NCBI RefSeq assembly: GCF_036321535.1
Contig: NC_087436.1
Span: forward strand, 89,282,001-89,346,000
DNA: 64,000 nucleotides
Direction: 5' to 3'
Source: Camelus dromedarius
Lineage: Eukaryota
Numbering within the stretch: position 1 is the first letter of the stretch; every line of letters starts with the position of its first letter. A program made the translations under genes and the position numbers. Shown here one piece after another: positions 12,198-25,500 of the stretch. A model generated the notes under the pieces. That model searched no databases and was not told where the DNA came from. It saw only the letters and a program-made list of their open reading frames with translations.

Positions 12198-13419
12198 CCT
12201 GGTGCTGCACCCTCCTTCTCTGTCTGCTTCCCCTGGGAGTCATCTGGACTGCCATAGATTTGTCTGCATAAAAAGTGACTTAATGTTAACAGCATTAATC
12301 TCTCTGTCTCTTTAATCAGCTGCTGGTAGGCTGCCTCTCATAGTCATGCTGCCAGTTTCTGAAGCTTACCGTGATAAAATGGAACTCTAAACCTTCCCCC
12401 CTAAAAGTAGCATCTCACCAATATCATTAAAAAAAGTCCAACAGTCATGCTCTAGCCTTTCCAGAATGACAATATTTTGTTCTTTTTACTACTCTCCTTT
12501 ACTCATTACATCTATTAAGCACTCTAGTTTTATTTGTCTTTCATTGCATTTCCAGCCAAAGCTTTCGCTAATGTCCCTTTCTTCCCTTTTCCACAGAGTG
12601 TGCTTGCTACACATTAGGAAAACGAAGCTCTCCTTTTTAAAATCACTACTCAAGAATAAACTCAAATTTTCTAGGAATGTCCATTCATATAAGTTTCACA
12701 GACAATTTTTTTGTAACTGGTAATAGTTTTAAGTTTGTAGGACCACTTGTTAAAAAAATCTAATACAATCATTTATGCAAAATAAATCAAATTTTATATA
12801 TTTTTAAATCTTTCTGGTCTTTTCCCTGAGGACCTTTATCATTGTTCTGTCGCTTGTATTTGGGAATTTTAATTTTATTTCTAATTATTGTTGGCCTTCT
12901 CAGAGCCACACATTGGTGACATCAGTCTGTTATCTCGTTTTCTTTCCTTATCTTTTTTTCAAATTAAGCTAGTTATGGGTGGTTTTATTGTGCATATTTC
13001 ATGTGATATAACCCCACCCCTTAATTATTAGTAAATAGATGGTACAATTACCCAGTGCTTGTCATGATAGGATAAACAGCACTAATCCTTTCCAAAGTAC
13101 AGATGAAAAAACTGTAACACAACCTTTATTTTCAGCTTCATAATGATTCAGTGACATACGATTAGAAACAACTGATTATTAACCTATTGTTAGAAATACC
13201 CTAAATTACTAAATAAATGCACACATAGAAGAGATGCCTTTTTTTGAAATTACAAATAACAATGAAAATATGAAATCAACTTTGTTGGTTTTAAATCTCC
13301 CTATAATTTTCTTGAAGTATTGAGATACTGACTGAAAGTTCTTGAATACAGAAATAAAAACAGAAATTTAATATTCCCTCAAACTTTCTTTTACCTTCTT
13401 ACCATGTAAGATACCATAT

Positions 13420-13872
13420 TTCCATGCTAAGACTAGTGGATAAAATTTGATGAGAAACCTGATATTTATGAAATGTCAAAGAATTATTTTGCAGTTGCAG
13501 GGAGGAAAATTCTAACTTATAATGGAGAAATCTGGAGGCCTCCTCCTTAACCAAATGATCAAAGTAATTGCCATAGTAACAGAACAAACCAACTCTAAGT
13601 GCCTTCTGATGGGATGCAATGAGAACACAGTCTTATTTCTGTAATATCTCTGCCAAAAATGCATAACTTGAATTTAATTATGAGAAAACATCAAACAAAC
13701 TCAAATTGAGAGCTAGTCTATAAAATAGGTTGCCGGCTTCATAAAAAATATCAACATCATGAAAGTCAAATAGTGATGAAATGCTCCAGGTTAAAAAGCC
13801 ATGACCACTAAATGCTATCTGTGATCCTGGACTAGAAACTGGAATAATGGGAAAAATATTGTGAGCCATATT
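13420..13872 (+). mobile_element. Old L1 3' UTR (L1MC/L1ME-like)
   Basis: aatggagaaatctgg...ccttaaccaaatgatcaaagt...tgccaaaaatgcataacttgaatttaattatgagaaaacatcaaacaaactcaaattgag. Confidence 0.8.
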
Positions 13873-13874
13873 TC

Positions 13875-14265
13875 TGGAATCCCTAATAATTGAAGCTTGA
13901 TCCTCCTGGACCAATCTTCTTTATTTCTTTTTCTCTCTTTCTTAATTATATTGTGGAGGAGTCCTTTGATTTTACTTTTTCCTTGTTTGGGCTTTCTTTT
14001 TAAATTTCAGCTGGTATATTTTTAATTATGAAGAGCTCTTTATTGTTTTTGTTCCTTCTTCATAGCCTCTTGCTCTAGTTCTGAGCATGCAATATCTTCT
14101 CAAACCTCTTTGGGGATATAAATTAGATTTTGTTAAAATGTTTTATTATTACTTTCTTTGTTTCTTCCAGAGTAAAGTGTTTGTTTGTTCTGCTTGATCA
14201 TTGTTATCCCACATGCTTTCTTCAATTATACAGCTAATTTTGATTCATCATTGTGTTTAAGAATG
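13875..14265 (-). mobile_element. HAL1 (half-L1) fragment
   Basis: ttttaattatgaagagctctttattg...catagcctcttgctctagttctgagcatgcaatatcttctc resembles antisense HAL1. Confidence 0.65.
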
Positions 14266-14534
14266 AAAGAAATAAGCTTACTAGAAGTTGGTAGATTTGA
14301 GTAAATTGATAGGGAGGTGGCTGTTACGTTAGGAAAGACTCATTTGCACAAAGCATGAACATCAACACTAGTTGTTGCAGTTTGCTTTTGACCATTTATT
14401 CATTCTTTAGAAAACTCCCTTTCCTCACAGAACCAAACGGAGTAAACATCTGGCTACTAGATACTCTGAACATTGTAGTGGGGAAGTATGAAGCTGGAGT
14501 GAAGGTCACATCAGAATTTCATATTCACAGTTCA

Positions 14535-14870
14535 ATTATTTATTTACTTAATCCACACATTGTTATTAATGGTCTACAAATTAGTTAACCAAACAGACAG
14601 ATTGCTTTTATGATGGTTACCTTTTTTGTAAGAGTGGCACTGAGCAGATTAGAACATGGAGATACACAATATGTTAGGTATCGTAAAGAAAATCAAAGTG
14701 AGAGTAGAAGACATAGAGTGATGGCGTTGAGGGAAAGGGGAGAGATAGGTCTTGTTCAGATAAAAAGGTCAGGAATATCTCTTTGATAGAATGGTATCTA
14801 AATAGGGGCTTAAAAGAAATAAGGTAGGAAGATACTAAGCAGAGGGATCGGGAAGGCAAAGCAAGACGGA
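14535..14870 (-). mobile_element. L2 fragment
   Basis: tttatttacttaatccacac...aaaaggtcaggaatatctctttgatagaatggtatctaa. Confidence 0.5.
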
Positions 14871-14884
14871 ATTTTTCCTGAAGG

Positions 14885-15180
14885 AACTATCAACACTTCT
14901 CACTCTTGCCTTGGAGTCTCCCCAGGGCTCTGCAGGCATGCTGACTTCCTGCTCAGCGTCCGGGGGCTCAGAACATGTCCTAGATGGTAGCCATTTCCAT
15001 CCAGCTTCTTCAGGCTACGCTGACTTACAAACTTCCTTTCATTCCAGAACTTTGTTGAGATTTTCAGTTCATTAATGGCTCCATTCTTTGTTCATTACCA
15101 TGAAATTTTAGCTTATAAAAACCTTTTAATGGCCTCTTTAGGAATAGAGTGAGCTCAGATTGCCATTTTGAACTAAATTA
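14885..15180 (-). mobile_element. HAL1 5' portion
   Basis: ccatttccatccagcttc...ttccagaactttgttgagatttt...gccattttgaactaa (5' end on the minus strand). Confidence 0.5.
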
Positions 15181-16379
15181 AAAACCAAAAAACCTCTCTT
15201 CTCAAAATGGTCTCTTATCCTTTTTTTAAAGCAATTTCGGTACAAACCAAAAAGAGGCAACAATTTCATGGAGGTTCTAAGACAGCCTAAGGGCATAGGA
15301 GGATTTTAATAGTAATGCTAAGGTGAGGATCTGTGTTATTATGTTATCTTTCACATCAACAGGGAAATATCAAGAGAGAAAGTTAGCATATAATGTATAA
15401 ACAGTGATTCTATTCACATTGTCAAAAAGGGAACAAAGCAAAACTGTAAAAAAAAAAAAAAAAGAGAGAGAGAGAAGTTAAACCTAAATGATACTTTCCC
15501 AATGAGATCAGCATTATTTCATGAACTGATTTTTACTCTTCTTCAATATCATAGTTAAAGATCCAATAAATATATGATTTAGTAAATCAAAGCAAATAAA
15601 ATCAACCAAAGTTCTAAATATATGAAAACTCATTAAACTTCTCTTTCAGAAGCAGTAGACCAGAAGCTGTTTGTCAAATTAAATTGTAAATTTTTTTAAA
15701 AAAGGAAAAGAAAAAAACATTATATCTAAATATGGCATTCTGGTTCTATGAGCTATAAAAATTTGTTTTGCTCTGCCAGAGAAATCAGTAGTGGTTTTCA
15801 GGTATTGTACTTGTCAGCTAGAAGATGCCCAGTGTCCTTAAATCCCTTCCAATAGTCAACTTTATCTAAAAGTTTAGTAGTTTGTACAGGTTTCTGGAGA
15901 TTTGGTAGCATGACAGAAATATAAATTGGGCCATCCAACCCCAGATATTAGTTCTTTCATTGTATCATAGCATTGCATGGTTCATTTGAAAATAAGAAAT
16001 ATTTCCTGCATCCAAACTCTGGCTAATTTGCCTAATCCTCCCCTGCCCCAGCACTGCAGAAACACTTAATGATGAAATTTAAAGCAATGGATATATTATG
16101 TGAAACAGACTGCACTCAGAAATAATAAGACTCTCCAGAAGGAACATTGGACTTAAGCAATCAGAAAATGGTCCTTTCAGTTTTCTTCCAAGGCCAAGTG
16201 TTTGACTGTGAGCACAAAGAGGCTTTAAAACCATAGCCGTTGAGATGGTTTTGCAAAAGCAGAGACAGACCTTTAGCTTTGGTTTCAAGCCACTTTTTAG
16301 TCTGACCACAGGACAATCTTCCTGTAATTTCTCCTAAAGGATATTAAAAACTTGAAACTAGCTTTCTTGAATATGACAC

Positions 16380-17120
16380 TAATTCCTTCAAACAAGAAAT
16401 ATTTATTGAGCCCCAACTACGTACCAAGCACAGTGCTGAGAGCTGGGGACACAGTAATAAGTAAAACACAAAACAATCCCTGTTCTTTTGGCTTTTAGAG
16501 CATATAGGGTCCCTGCCTTCATTATCCTTGTGACCTACTTCAGGAGACAAGCACTAATAACTATACAGCTAAATACGTAAATTAAATGGTAATAGTATCA
16601 GAAAGAGAAGTTGTATGCCACTGTAAAAGCAAGTGTTTGACCGTTCCTGGGTTGGGATGTGGGTGAGTGGTCAGGGGGATTCCACAAAGAAGGCATAATT
16701 GAGAGGAGCTAGAATAGAGAAAGTAAAAATAAGGCAGAAGGAGGCTTTGGGCTGAGAGGACAAGTTGTGCAAAGGTCATGTGGCAGTAGGGGACATTATA
16801 ATTTCCAGGAACTGAAAGAAAAGCCATGGTAGTGAGAAGCAGACATCATGGGAAAAAAGGAGCACAAAGTGACCTGAGGCTGCCGGGATCCCAAGCAGGG
16901 GTCAGCCACCCAGGACGGGTGACGGTTTGTGGTCTTGATCTTGAGGACATGGCGTCTGTTAAGCAGTGAAGTGTTGTGATCAAATTTGCATTTTGGAAAG
17001 AAATATAAACTGGGCCACCCTTGGCTTGGTGTCAGGGAGAGACTGTGGGGGGAGCAGGAGGTGTGGAGATCAGTTAGGAGATTATGCAGGAAACAATCAT
17101 CCAGGCAAGAGGTGTGGAAT
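16380..17120 (-). mobile_element. L2 LINE 3' region
   Basis: aaatatttattgagccccaactacgtaccaagcacagtgctgagagctggggacacag...gtgcaaaggtcatgtggcag...tgatcaaatttgcattttggaaag. Confidence 0.8.
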
Positions 17121-17299
17121 TTTTAGCAGGCTTTTCAATATACTTTTCAAAAATTGGATGCTTGAAAGTGAGACAATGATTTATATACTTGAAAAGTAAA
17201 GCTAGACTATCTATATCCATCTGTCCGTTTTTCTATATTTATCTTCCTGCTTTAAATTTTTTTTCTTCTATGCTGACTTCTTTTCTACTCCTGGAAGGT

Positions 17300-17655
17300 T
17301 GATTATCTCTTCTTGCCTGGAGTCTCTGAACACTTAGTATATTCTTTTCCAGGGAAATCTTTTCCTTCTAATCACAATAGGACCTTCGTTAAATATTTCT
17401 TTCTCTAGGAAGCCTTAAACTGACTCGCAGAATCCAAGATAGCTACATGCATGGTGACTCCCATTGCACCTGATAAATCGTGGTGCTTAATTAACTATTT
17501 ATAATTGCTAATTCTAGTTTCTCTCATTCAACAATAAGTCCCTTGAAGGCAGGCACAGTGTCTGTCATATCACCATTTTATATAACATTCCGACAGCATT
17601 TGGCCCATCACAGGCAGTGGGAAAGTATTTGCCAGTTAAATAAATGCAATGCATT
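17300..17655 (+). mobile_element. L2 3' end
   Basis: taagtcccttgaaggcaggcacagtgtctgtcatatcacc...aagtatttgccagttaaataaatg. Confidence 0.65.
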
Positions 17656-18844
17656 TACTTCATGTTTGAGTCTGCTTTGCTAGTGATTGTCCACAACGCT
17701 TCTTTTATGGTCATTGCTGTAGACAGCAGACTCTGGTGTGGACCTGCTGTGGACTGAAGAGGATATTTAATTTCTGTACCTTTGGGTGGGAGAGGAGACA
17801 GAGAGGTGGGGAGATAGGTGGGAAGGAATGATATATTTGGAAACAAATGATGTTGGAAGTTCACTGCCTATGGAGTGATTTTGACATTGTGTACCTGTGA
17901 TCTGCCTTTTGCCAAAAATACCCTCATGGAAAATCCAATCACTATGAATAGCCCTGCTTAGGGCTCAAAGTTTATGAAACATATTAGCTCACCTAGAGAT
18001 AGTCCATCTTTAATTGTCCCACACGAGGGCTGTTGCTACACTGTGGCTACTTTGCAGCAAGGGATGAGTGTGCTAAGAGTTGAAATTTACTGCAGAACCC
18101 CAAGAGTCACCCTCTATTGGAGTGAGGCAGATTTAATTCATATGAGTATGACTTTCCTCTTATAAATATGAGAAACCAGGTTTTTTTTTTTTTTTGCTAT
18201 AAAAGCCATCACAACACTGAATAAATATTTATAAGAGATGAGAGAAATAGCTATGATAGTTTAGTTACCCATTAAAACATATTCTATGCCTGGGGAAATC
18301 CATGACCAGCATCAGGAAATCATTAATTCTATGGCTGGTCTAAGAAGGGTTGCCCCAATCTCTTTTCCCAAATGCTAGGAAAATTTTACTGAGGTATTTT
18401 TGTGGAGCATTCAAAGTCTTGGTTAATTAAGTATGTTTGTATCACTAATGCTTTTTTTTCACTAATATGTTTAGTTTTTACTACAATAAATAGTTTGCCA
18501 GTAGGCCATTACTATTGCCCAATATACAGTATTGTACTTAAGCAATTTACCTAATCAAGGCAATAGAATCAAAGCCACACTGAGGTGATACAGACTGAAA
18601 GGAGCAGAAGAGGAGGCAGAGGCCAGCAAGATCAAGAGAGAAAGAAAAGCCAAGAGTCCCACATACTGATACGAACAAATCCTTGGCATTGCTTCCCCTT
18701 CCTGGGAATTAGAGGTTTTTTCTCCATCACCAGTTACATCGGAACATTCCAGGAGGAAAACAGTAAAATATGATAAAACAAGAAAATTGTTCATGAAATC
18801 GGCTCCATGATGTGCTTTCTATATGCTGAACTAGACTTGCCTAA

Positions 18845-19660
18845 TCCAGAATTTCACACAAATGGAATTGTATCATACCCAGGTTTTGCAGCTAGTTTCT
18901 TCTGCTCAGCAGGTTTTTGAGATGAAGTAATAGCTCTTCTTTTAGGAATGATACCGATCATGGGTGTCTTATCTTTTACTTTGATTAGTTTAGATAGATT
19001 AGTCTCGGTACAGGTTTTTTTTATTTCATGGATTTTCTCTTTTCTCTTTATTATTTCCTTCCTTGGGGTTCACTTGGTTTAATTTTCTCTTCTCTTCCTT
19101 GCTTAAGATGGAAGCCTAGATCACTGTTTCGGGATCTTTCTTCTTTTTCTTCTTCTAAAACAAGGATTTAAAGCTTTAAGTAAGTTTCTCTCTCGGCACT
19201 GCTTTAGCTACATGCCACAATTTTGATTTATGGAATTTTCATTTTCATTTAGTCTAAAATGTAACTACTGTGGATTTCGTATTATTAGAGTTCAAAGGTT
19301 GCATCTTTTTCCATTACTCCCCTTTAACCTATCAGCATATTTTCACCTAAAATGTATTTCTCATAGACATCTTTCTGACACTGTCTGCCTTTTCACTGCT
19401 GTTTATATATGGTTTATATTTAATATAAATAATGATATGGTTAAGTTAAAATCTTTCTCATTGTTGTTTGTTTTCTATTTGTTCTTCTCTTCTTTTTTTT
19501 TTTTTTTCCCTTTGCCTGCCTTCTTTTCGATTAACTAAATTTTTAGCATTCTATTTTATGTCCATTATGGGGTTACTAACTATTCATCTTCATTTAAGTT
19601 TTTTTAGCAGTTGCCCGAAAGATACTGTACAGGATAATATGCATCTTTAATTGGTCACAG
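18845..19660 (-). mobile_element. Old L1M fragments
   Basis: ctttattatttccttccttgg...cttaagatggaagcctagatcactg...ctctcggcactgctttagctacatgccacaattttgat (antisense L1). Confidence 0.7.
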
Positions 19661-19669
19661 TGGGAGGCA

Positions 19670-19800
19670 ATATTTTTTAAACCTCATTTTACAGATGAAA
19701 TGACTAGAGGCATGGAAAGCTTTATATACTTGCCCAAGATCGACCAGTTTGTAAGAGGCAAAGAAAACATTGAAAGGGAAATACAGAGTTTAGCCGGGAC
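19670..19800 (-). mobile_element. MIR fragment
   Basis: cctcattttacagatgaaatgactagagg...acttgcccaagatc. Confidence 0.6.
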
Positions 19801-20086
19801 GAGGTCATTTATGCACAGAACAGCATACGAGCAAAGGGATTGTGAGAAAACATGCATGAAAGACTGTAGGAGAAAGAGACCACAGAGCAAATTACCTTCA
19901 TGGCTAATGAACTAATTCAGGAAGAAAAAGGTAAAGTCTTAGAAACTGTGATATCAGTGAAGAAAAGAAGAAATAACTTTCTGTAAACATTTTTCTGTTT
20001 ATTCTGTGGGCACTGTTGGCCATAGAAACTAGTCAGATTCAGCTTAATTTGTATATCCAAATGTTCTAATACTAAATGATTTCATG

Positions 20087-20095
20087 TATATATAG

Positions 20096-20127
<32 letters not shown>

Positions 20128-20145
20128 ATATATATATCATATATG
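20087..20145. repeat. Compound (TA)n(CA)n(TA)n microsatellite
   Basis: Directly visible. Confidence 0.9.
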
Positions 20146-20734
20146 TTAGTATGTGTTGTAGTCTTTTTTAGCCCTTTTCTTTAGTCCAATTCTAGTCCTT
20201 TATAAAAAACGACCAATATGAGTATATTGATATCATCTCCACATGCTTGACCTAAATAAAGTTCTTTAATCTACTATTCTCATAATCCATATTATAAATA
20301 TTTAATCCATGTAAAATGCTATAATTTGGAAATGAGACTCAATATGAGAAGGCATTCCTTTGTTTGTTTTTTCCTATTCAAACTGTATGTGATTTTGGCC
20401 TATTTCTGTAATTCTCAGAAATAACATGGAAAGGGACAGCTGCATCATGAACATGAAAGCAGAGGCTAACCACCTACAGAGAGAATGTTTTTAGCACCTC
20501 ATCCAGCTTATGCAGAAATGGAGGTTCACTGTAGAAAAAAATAGATGAAAAGAAATACACATTTTGCTCAGGTCCCTTATTCCCTCCTTTCTGCTGGTTC
20601 AGCTTCATTCCTGATCTTCCTGCAATATTTGTCAGCATGTTCCTTGTCCTCTGACTCAACCTGTGTGCAGCCATTAGCTTAATCTTGGGAAGCTTTTTAC
20701 CAATTGCTCAAAAATTTCCGGCAGCTTATTCACT

Positions 20735-21260
20735 AAATAAATAACAAGTTTCCTAGCATAGCATTAAAAATCTCCACAGTCTGATTCTTAATTTCCTCTC
20801 CAGACTTCTCTCTCAATATTCTCTTACCTCAATATTATAGTCAATGTGAATCCAATGATTTTTGCCCTTTTAAAATGTATATTTTGCTTTCCTGTTAGTC
20901 TAGATTGAACATGCCATTCTCTCTGCCTGTGAAGCTCTTCTAAGGCCAACAGCCAATTTTTGAATCCTACCCATTCTCCAAGACCAAGAGGTCTCTTCAA
21001 TAAAATCTTTCACAGACGATCCCTCAGGATTTTGATCTCTTCTGCCAATTAGTTTAAAGAACCGAACGACCTCTCTGAAGCCCTTATGACCACAGGTTGT
21101 ATGGTTAGGTTGTAGAGATTTTATTCTCCTATTGATTTATACCTATATATTTTTATCTTGCTTTTTAGGTTTTAAATTCATTGAATAAAGGAACTGAGCT
21201 TATTTCCTCTTTAGCCCAGAATAACGTCTCTTGTAAATTTATTGTAAATAATTTCATTTT
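20735..21260 (+). mobile_element. L2 3' region
   Basis: tcctagcatagcattaaaaatctccacagtctg...tcctacccattctccaagacc... Confidence 0.55.
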
Positions 21261-21469
21261 TAAAAACTGAATTAAAAAATACTGGATTTATGGAATGAAC
21301 AGTCCCAAGGGATGTTCATGGTGTCCAAAGGCTAAAGGATTTGAAGAAGTCAGAAGAATTCTGGGTTATCCATCTATCAGTTCTCAGACTGTTGTAGAAT
21401 GACAACCTCCTTCTTTTGTATGCCGATATAGACCATATGACAGCTATCTAGTTATTATTTCTCACCTCC

Positions 21470-21985
21470 AACCCCAACTTTCTGTGCTCTGACAATGTCT
21501 CCGTTAAGCGCCTTTCAGTGCAGCCAGCTCATTCATCTTAGGCTCTGCCATTAGAGGGAGCTAGAGGGCGGCTGCAAGGCTGGGAGAGGAGGAATGTGCT
21601 CTTTCCTATGGGTTTCCTGTGAGCTTTCTGTCCGCTAAGGTTCCTGTCATCCCAGCAAGTGACAGTTTTGCCAGCAGTCACAGTTTTGTCCTGTGACAGC
21701 AGCTGTCACATTTTTTCCCAACACTTGCGGAACCAGCTCCGTCATGCTGCCCCTGAGACACCAGCGCCTGTTGAGCCTGGACCACGGCTCAGAGGCCTGA
21801 GTTTTTACTCCATGCCCCTCCCCACCCCCGGCCGCAAGTGTCTTGAGTTTTAATAATTCCAATCTCTTCCCTTATTTTGCCAGCCATGGGGGTGGTAGCT
21901 GCCTTCTGCAATGATTATATCCATGATATCTCAGAATTCTCTTTTTACTCTTGTATCTTGTACTTTTTACTCGTGTGACAAATGC
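21470..21985 (+). mobile_element. ERVL solo LTR, LTR41-like
   Basis: ttaggctctgccattagagggagctagagggcggctgcaaggctgggagagg...ccatgggggtggtagctgccttctgca resembles LTR41/LTR41B. Confidence 0.7.
21546..21572 (+). promoter_or_regulatory. Overlapping tandem CTCF-like motifs
   Basis: tgCCATTAGAGGGAGCta and gaGCTAGAGGGCGGc resemble the CTCF core CCASYAGRKGGCRS. Confidence 0.45.
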
Positions 21986-23029
21986 AAAAGGAGAGAAGGC
22001 TTTTACTGTAAAAAAAAAAAAAAAAAAAAATGAAGAACCAAGCAGTCCCAAAGTTATTTCACCCAGGATGAATCCAGCCAATTGAGATTCAACATTGTCA
22101 ACTAAAATTTTAAAGCTCTCTGCAGAAAAGTGTTTCCTTAAGCACTGAGAATCCCAAATGTTCAAGCATAAATCCAGTGATGTGATTTTGGAGGTCCAGC
22201 TCTGGGCGGTATGAGGGTGAAAGGATGAGCACATATTAAATGCTGACAGGGCTGCCCCAGAAGCTCTGCTCTAGGCTGCTGTGGAGTCTAAGGGCCCAGA
22301 TAGTAGTCAGGAATGGAATTAAAGATACAGACTTCATGGAAATGGATTACAAAACTAGAGAACACAAGTGCCTAGTTTCGTTTCAATTCACAAGAAGATC
22401 ATGCCTAACAAATTTATATTAATTAACTGTTAAAAATTAAATATTTAAAAATTAAATGTATTGAGATGAATTCAAATCAAAGGATATTGATTATACATAT
22501 TTAGTGTTTATTTAGTATATTTATTTGATAAGCCTCTACTATAAGGAAACCACCCCCAAATTCCAAGCAAATGTTTTCTTTCACTTACATGAAATGATTT
22601 AAATATGACTACACTTAATGAAAATTGGTTTGCACTTAGATCCTTTGAAATGAAATCCATTTCTACATGCAAGATATATTTTTGTAGACAAATATCTAAG
22701 TACATCTTAGTTTGATGGTATTTATGTGTCTTTGTATGTTATACACTGTATAATTTTGGGAAGAGAAAATCGGTTTTTAAACAAAATATAAAAAGAACAT
22801 AAAATAAAAATCTGTTAAATTTGACCACATCAAGGTCTATTTTAAACCATCTAGGCAACATTAATATTTAAAGGGAATGCAATAAGACCTTTTTGTAAAG
22901 AAGATGCATTTTAAATTATGAATTATTTTTATCATGTTTTAAATTTTATTTTTAATTTTTTAGTAGAAGTACAGTTAATGTACAATATTATATATTATGA
23001 ACTATTTTTCAAGTTACAGAAAATTAGAG

Positions 23030-24380
23030 TGAATAATACACTCTGAGAACTCACCTAGTTTTTCTTAACTTTGATTTTTTTTCCAATTTTGAATATTCAG
23101 AGTAAATAATTACCAATTGAGTTGAAGACTGTTGCATGCTCCCAGAATCCATTCCTACATTTCATTGCCAAAGTAACTACAAGCTGATTTTGATATTTTT
23201 CTGTTACATGTATGCTTTTTATGATTACTTTATGTACTCTAAAGTATATATATATTTCTTTCACAACTTTTCAAACATATAAGCTATGTCATATATTACG
23301 TATCATTCTGCAACATATTTTTTGCTCCAAATTAAATTTCTAAGATTTACATTTGTTGATATATGGTAGCTCTAGGACATTCATTCTGACTTCAAATATT
23401 TCATTATGAGTATGCCAGTTTGCTTATCCATTCTTCTATAATGAACATTAAAGTTGTTTCCAAGATTTTCTGAAGCAAACAATGCTGCAATGAATGTTCT
23501 ATAGAGCATATTTCCTTGGGCTTATGAGTTCAAGTTCTCTTGGATACATAATTGGAAGTGGGATCCCCTGAGTCCAATGTTACACGCATCTTCGACCATA
23601 CTAGATGTTGTCAGTATGAGGCTCGTACCACTGAACACTCTTTCCTGCAGGCATGAGCACTCTTGTTTCTACAGTTTCTCATCAATATCGATTGACTCTG
23701 TAATTTGTACTACATGATGGATATTTAGTGATGATATTGTTTTATTTTGCATGTTCTTGGTTACTAGTTACATTGAACCTCTTTTCAGGTGCTTATTGGA
23801 CACATGGGTTTTCTTTTCTGCCAATTATCTTTTTAAGTCTGTTACATAATTTTCTACTGAGTAGTTTTCTATATTATAGATAGCAATGTTAAGTGCTTGT
23901 ACACACTTTGAAAATTTTCCCTCAGCTTGAATTTTGCTCTAACTATATTTCTGGTGTCTTAGGTTGAAGTTAAAGGTTTAACTTTGATGTGGTCAAATTT
24001 AACAATTTTATTTCATGTTCTTTTTGTATTTTGTTTAAAAAGCTATTTTCTCTTCCTGAAGTCATATACATTTGCCTCTATTTTCTTCAAAATTTGAATG
24101 TTTTACTTTTGGTTTTATGTATGAGATTTATTTAGGGTATCAAATGAATAAGAATAGAATTTTATATTGTCTTATATTTATAATCAATTTTCTAGAGTCT
24201 TTTATTGAGTAGTCAATTTTTTCCTCCTGTGATTTACAAAGATACCTTTTTTATATACCAAATTTCCATGCATGTAAGATAGATATGTTTATATATATGT
24301 ATGTTTTTGTTCCTTTGTTTGCCTCTTCCCATATCAATATCACTCTGTCTTAAAACAGTAATGTTTTAAAATCTGATAGA
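23030..24380 (-). mobile_element. Old L1M (3' ORF2/3' UTR), degraded
   Basis: gtatcattctgcaac...cttatccattcttctataatgaacattaaagttgtttccaag...aaacaatgctgcaatgaat...ttttgcatgttcttggttactagttacattgaacctcttttcagg. Confidence 0.8.
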
Positions 24381-24676
24381 GCATGTTTTCATATGCATGT
24401 ACAGCTTGCAAGTGTTACTAAAAAATGAAAGCTTACTTTTTATCAGACACTTATTTATTCATTTTAGCTCCAATCAATTCCATATCAATTTTAATTAACC
24501 CTTTCCTTTCTTATCTTTTGGTGTATATGACACTCGCCCAAATTGCAAGTTGAGGTTGCTAATATATGACACAGGTGTTTGGCTTAGAAATACATCATCA
24601 AGCTGGCATACTTCTGTTTAGCTAGTTAGCTTGTTGGCACAAGTTTCTGATCCTTATTTCTCGAAGTTCTTAGAGA

Positions 24677-24765
24677 TATATATGTGTGTATGTCTGCATG
24701 TACACATTAGGGTGTGTGATTGTGTGAATGTGTGTGTGTGAGTGTGTGGGTGTGTGTACATATAC
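24677..24765. repeat. Imperfect (TG)n microsatellite
   Basis: Directly visible. Confidence 0.8.
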
Positions 24766-25391
24766 AAATTACTGAGGCTACTACTTCAACAATCACATTG
24801 TATTTATTTTTAAAAAGGGTTAAGAGAGTATTTAATCTGAGGTCTCCTATACATAACCAAGAGTCATTTATGGAATTCTGAATATTGCTTTTATTCCGAA
24901 TGAAGTATTTTCTATTACATCTGAGAGAACGATAAAGTGACTAGCAGACCAACAGAACTTTTGATAGGGTTTTAATTCATTCTGAAAAACAGTAAAAACA
25001 ATTTTTTAAAAATCAAATAATTTGTCATAAAAAGGAGAAAAGTTGCTTACATAACTGTAAGAAATCCAGCTTTTTATGACCTTAGGCTGAATCCTTCTAG
25101 TCAACAAAGTGTTCATTGAGTCCTATGAATGATGAGTTTCTTTATAGTCACTGACATTAGTAGGCAGATGTGAGAGTAAACTAATATTCTGAAGGGCTAA
25201 ATGTCATTTATACTAATTGCATTTCAACTTTATGCTTTTTTTTTTTTTACTAGGAACTCATCTTCATCCTTTTTAACATAAGTTTTAACATCTAGACTAA
25301 ATTTAAAACATCTCTTTTGAACTCAGCTGATAATCAGTAATAAAATAGTTAACTACTTATGTTCTATATTTTATATCTTATATATTTGACT

Positions 25392-25500
25392 TTAATAGAT
25401 ATTTATTAAACATCACCTAGGTTCCTGGTTCTGTTCTAGGTGCAGGGACTACATAGGTGAATAAGCAGTAGACCACTTTCATGAATTTCATAAAAAAGGG
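25392..25500 (-). mobile_element. L2 3' end fragment
   Basis: aatagatatttattaaacatcacctagg...ctgttctaggtgcagggactacataggtgaataag. Confidence 0.6.
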
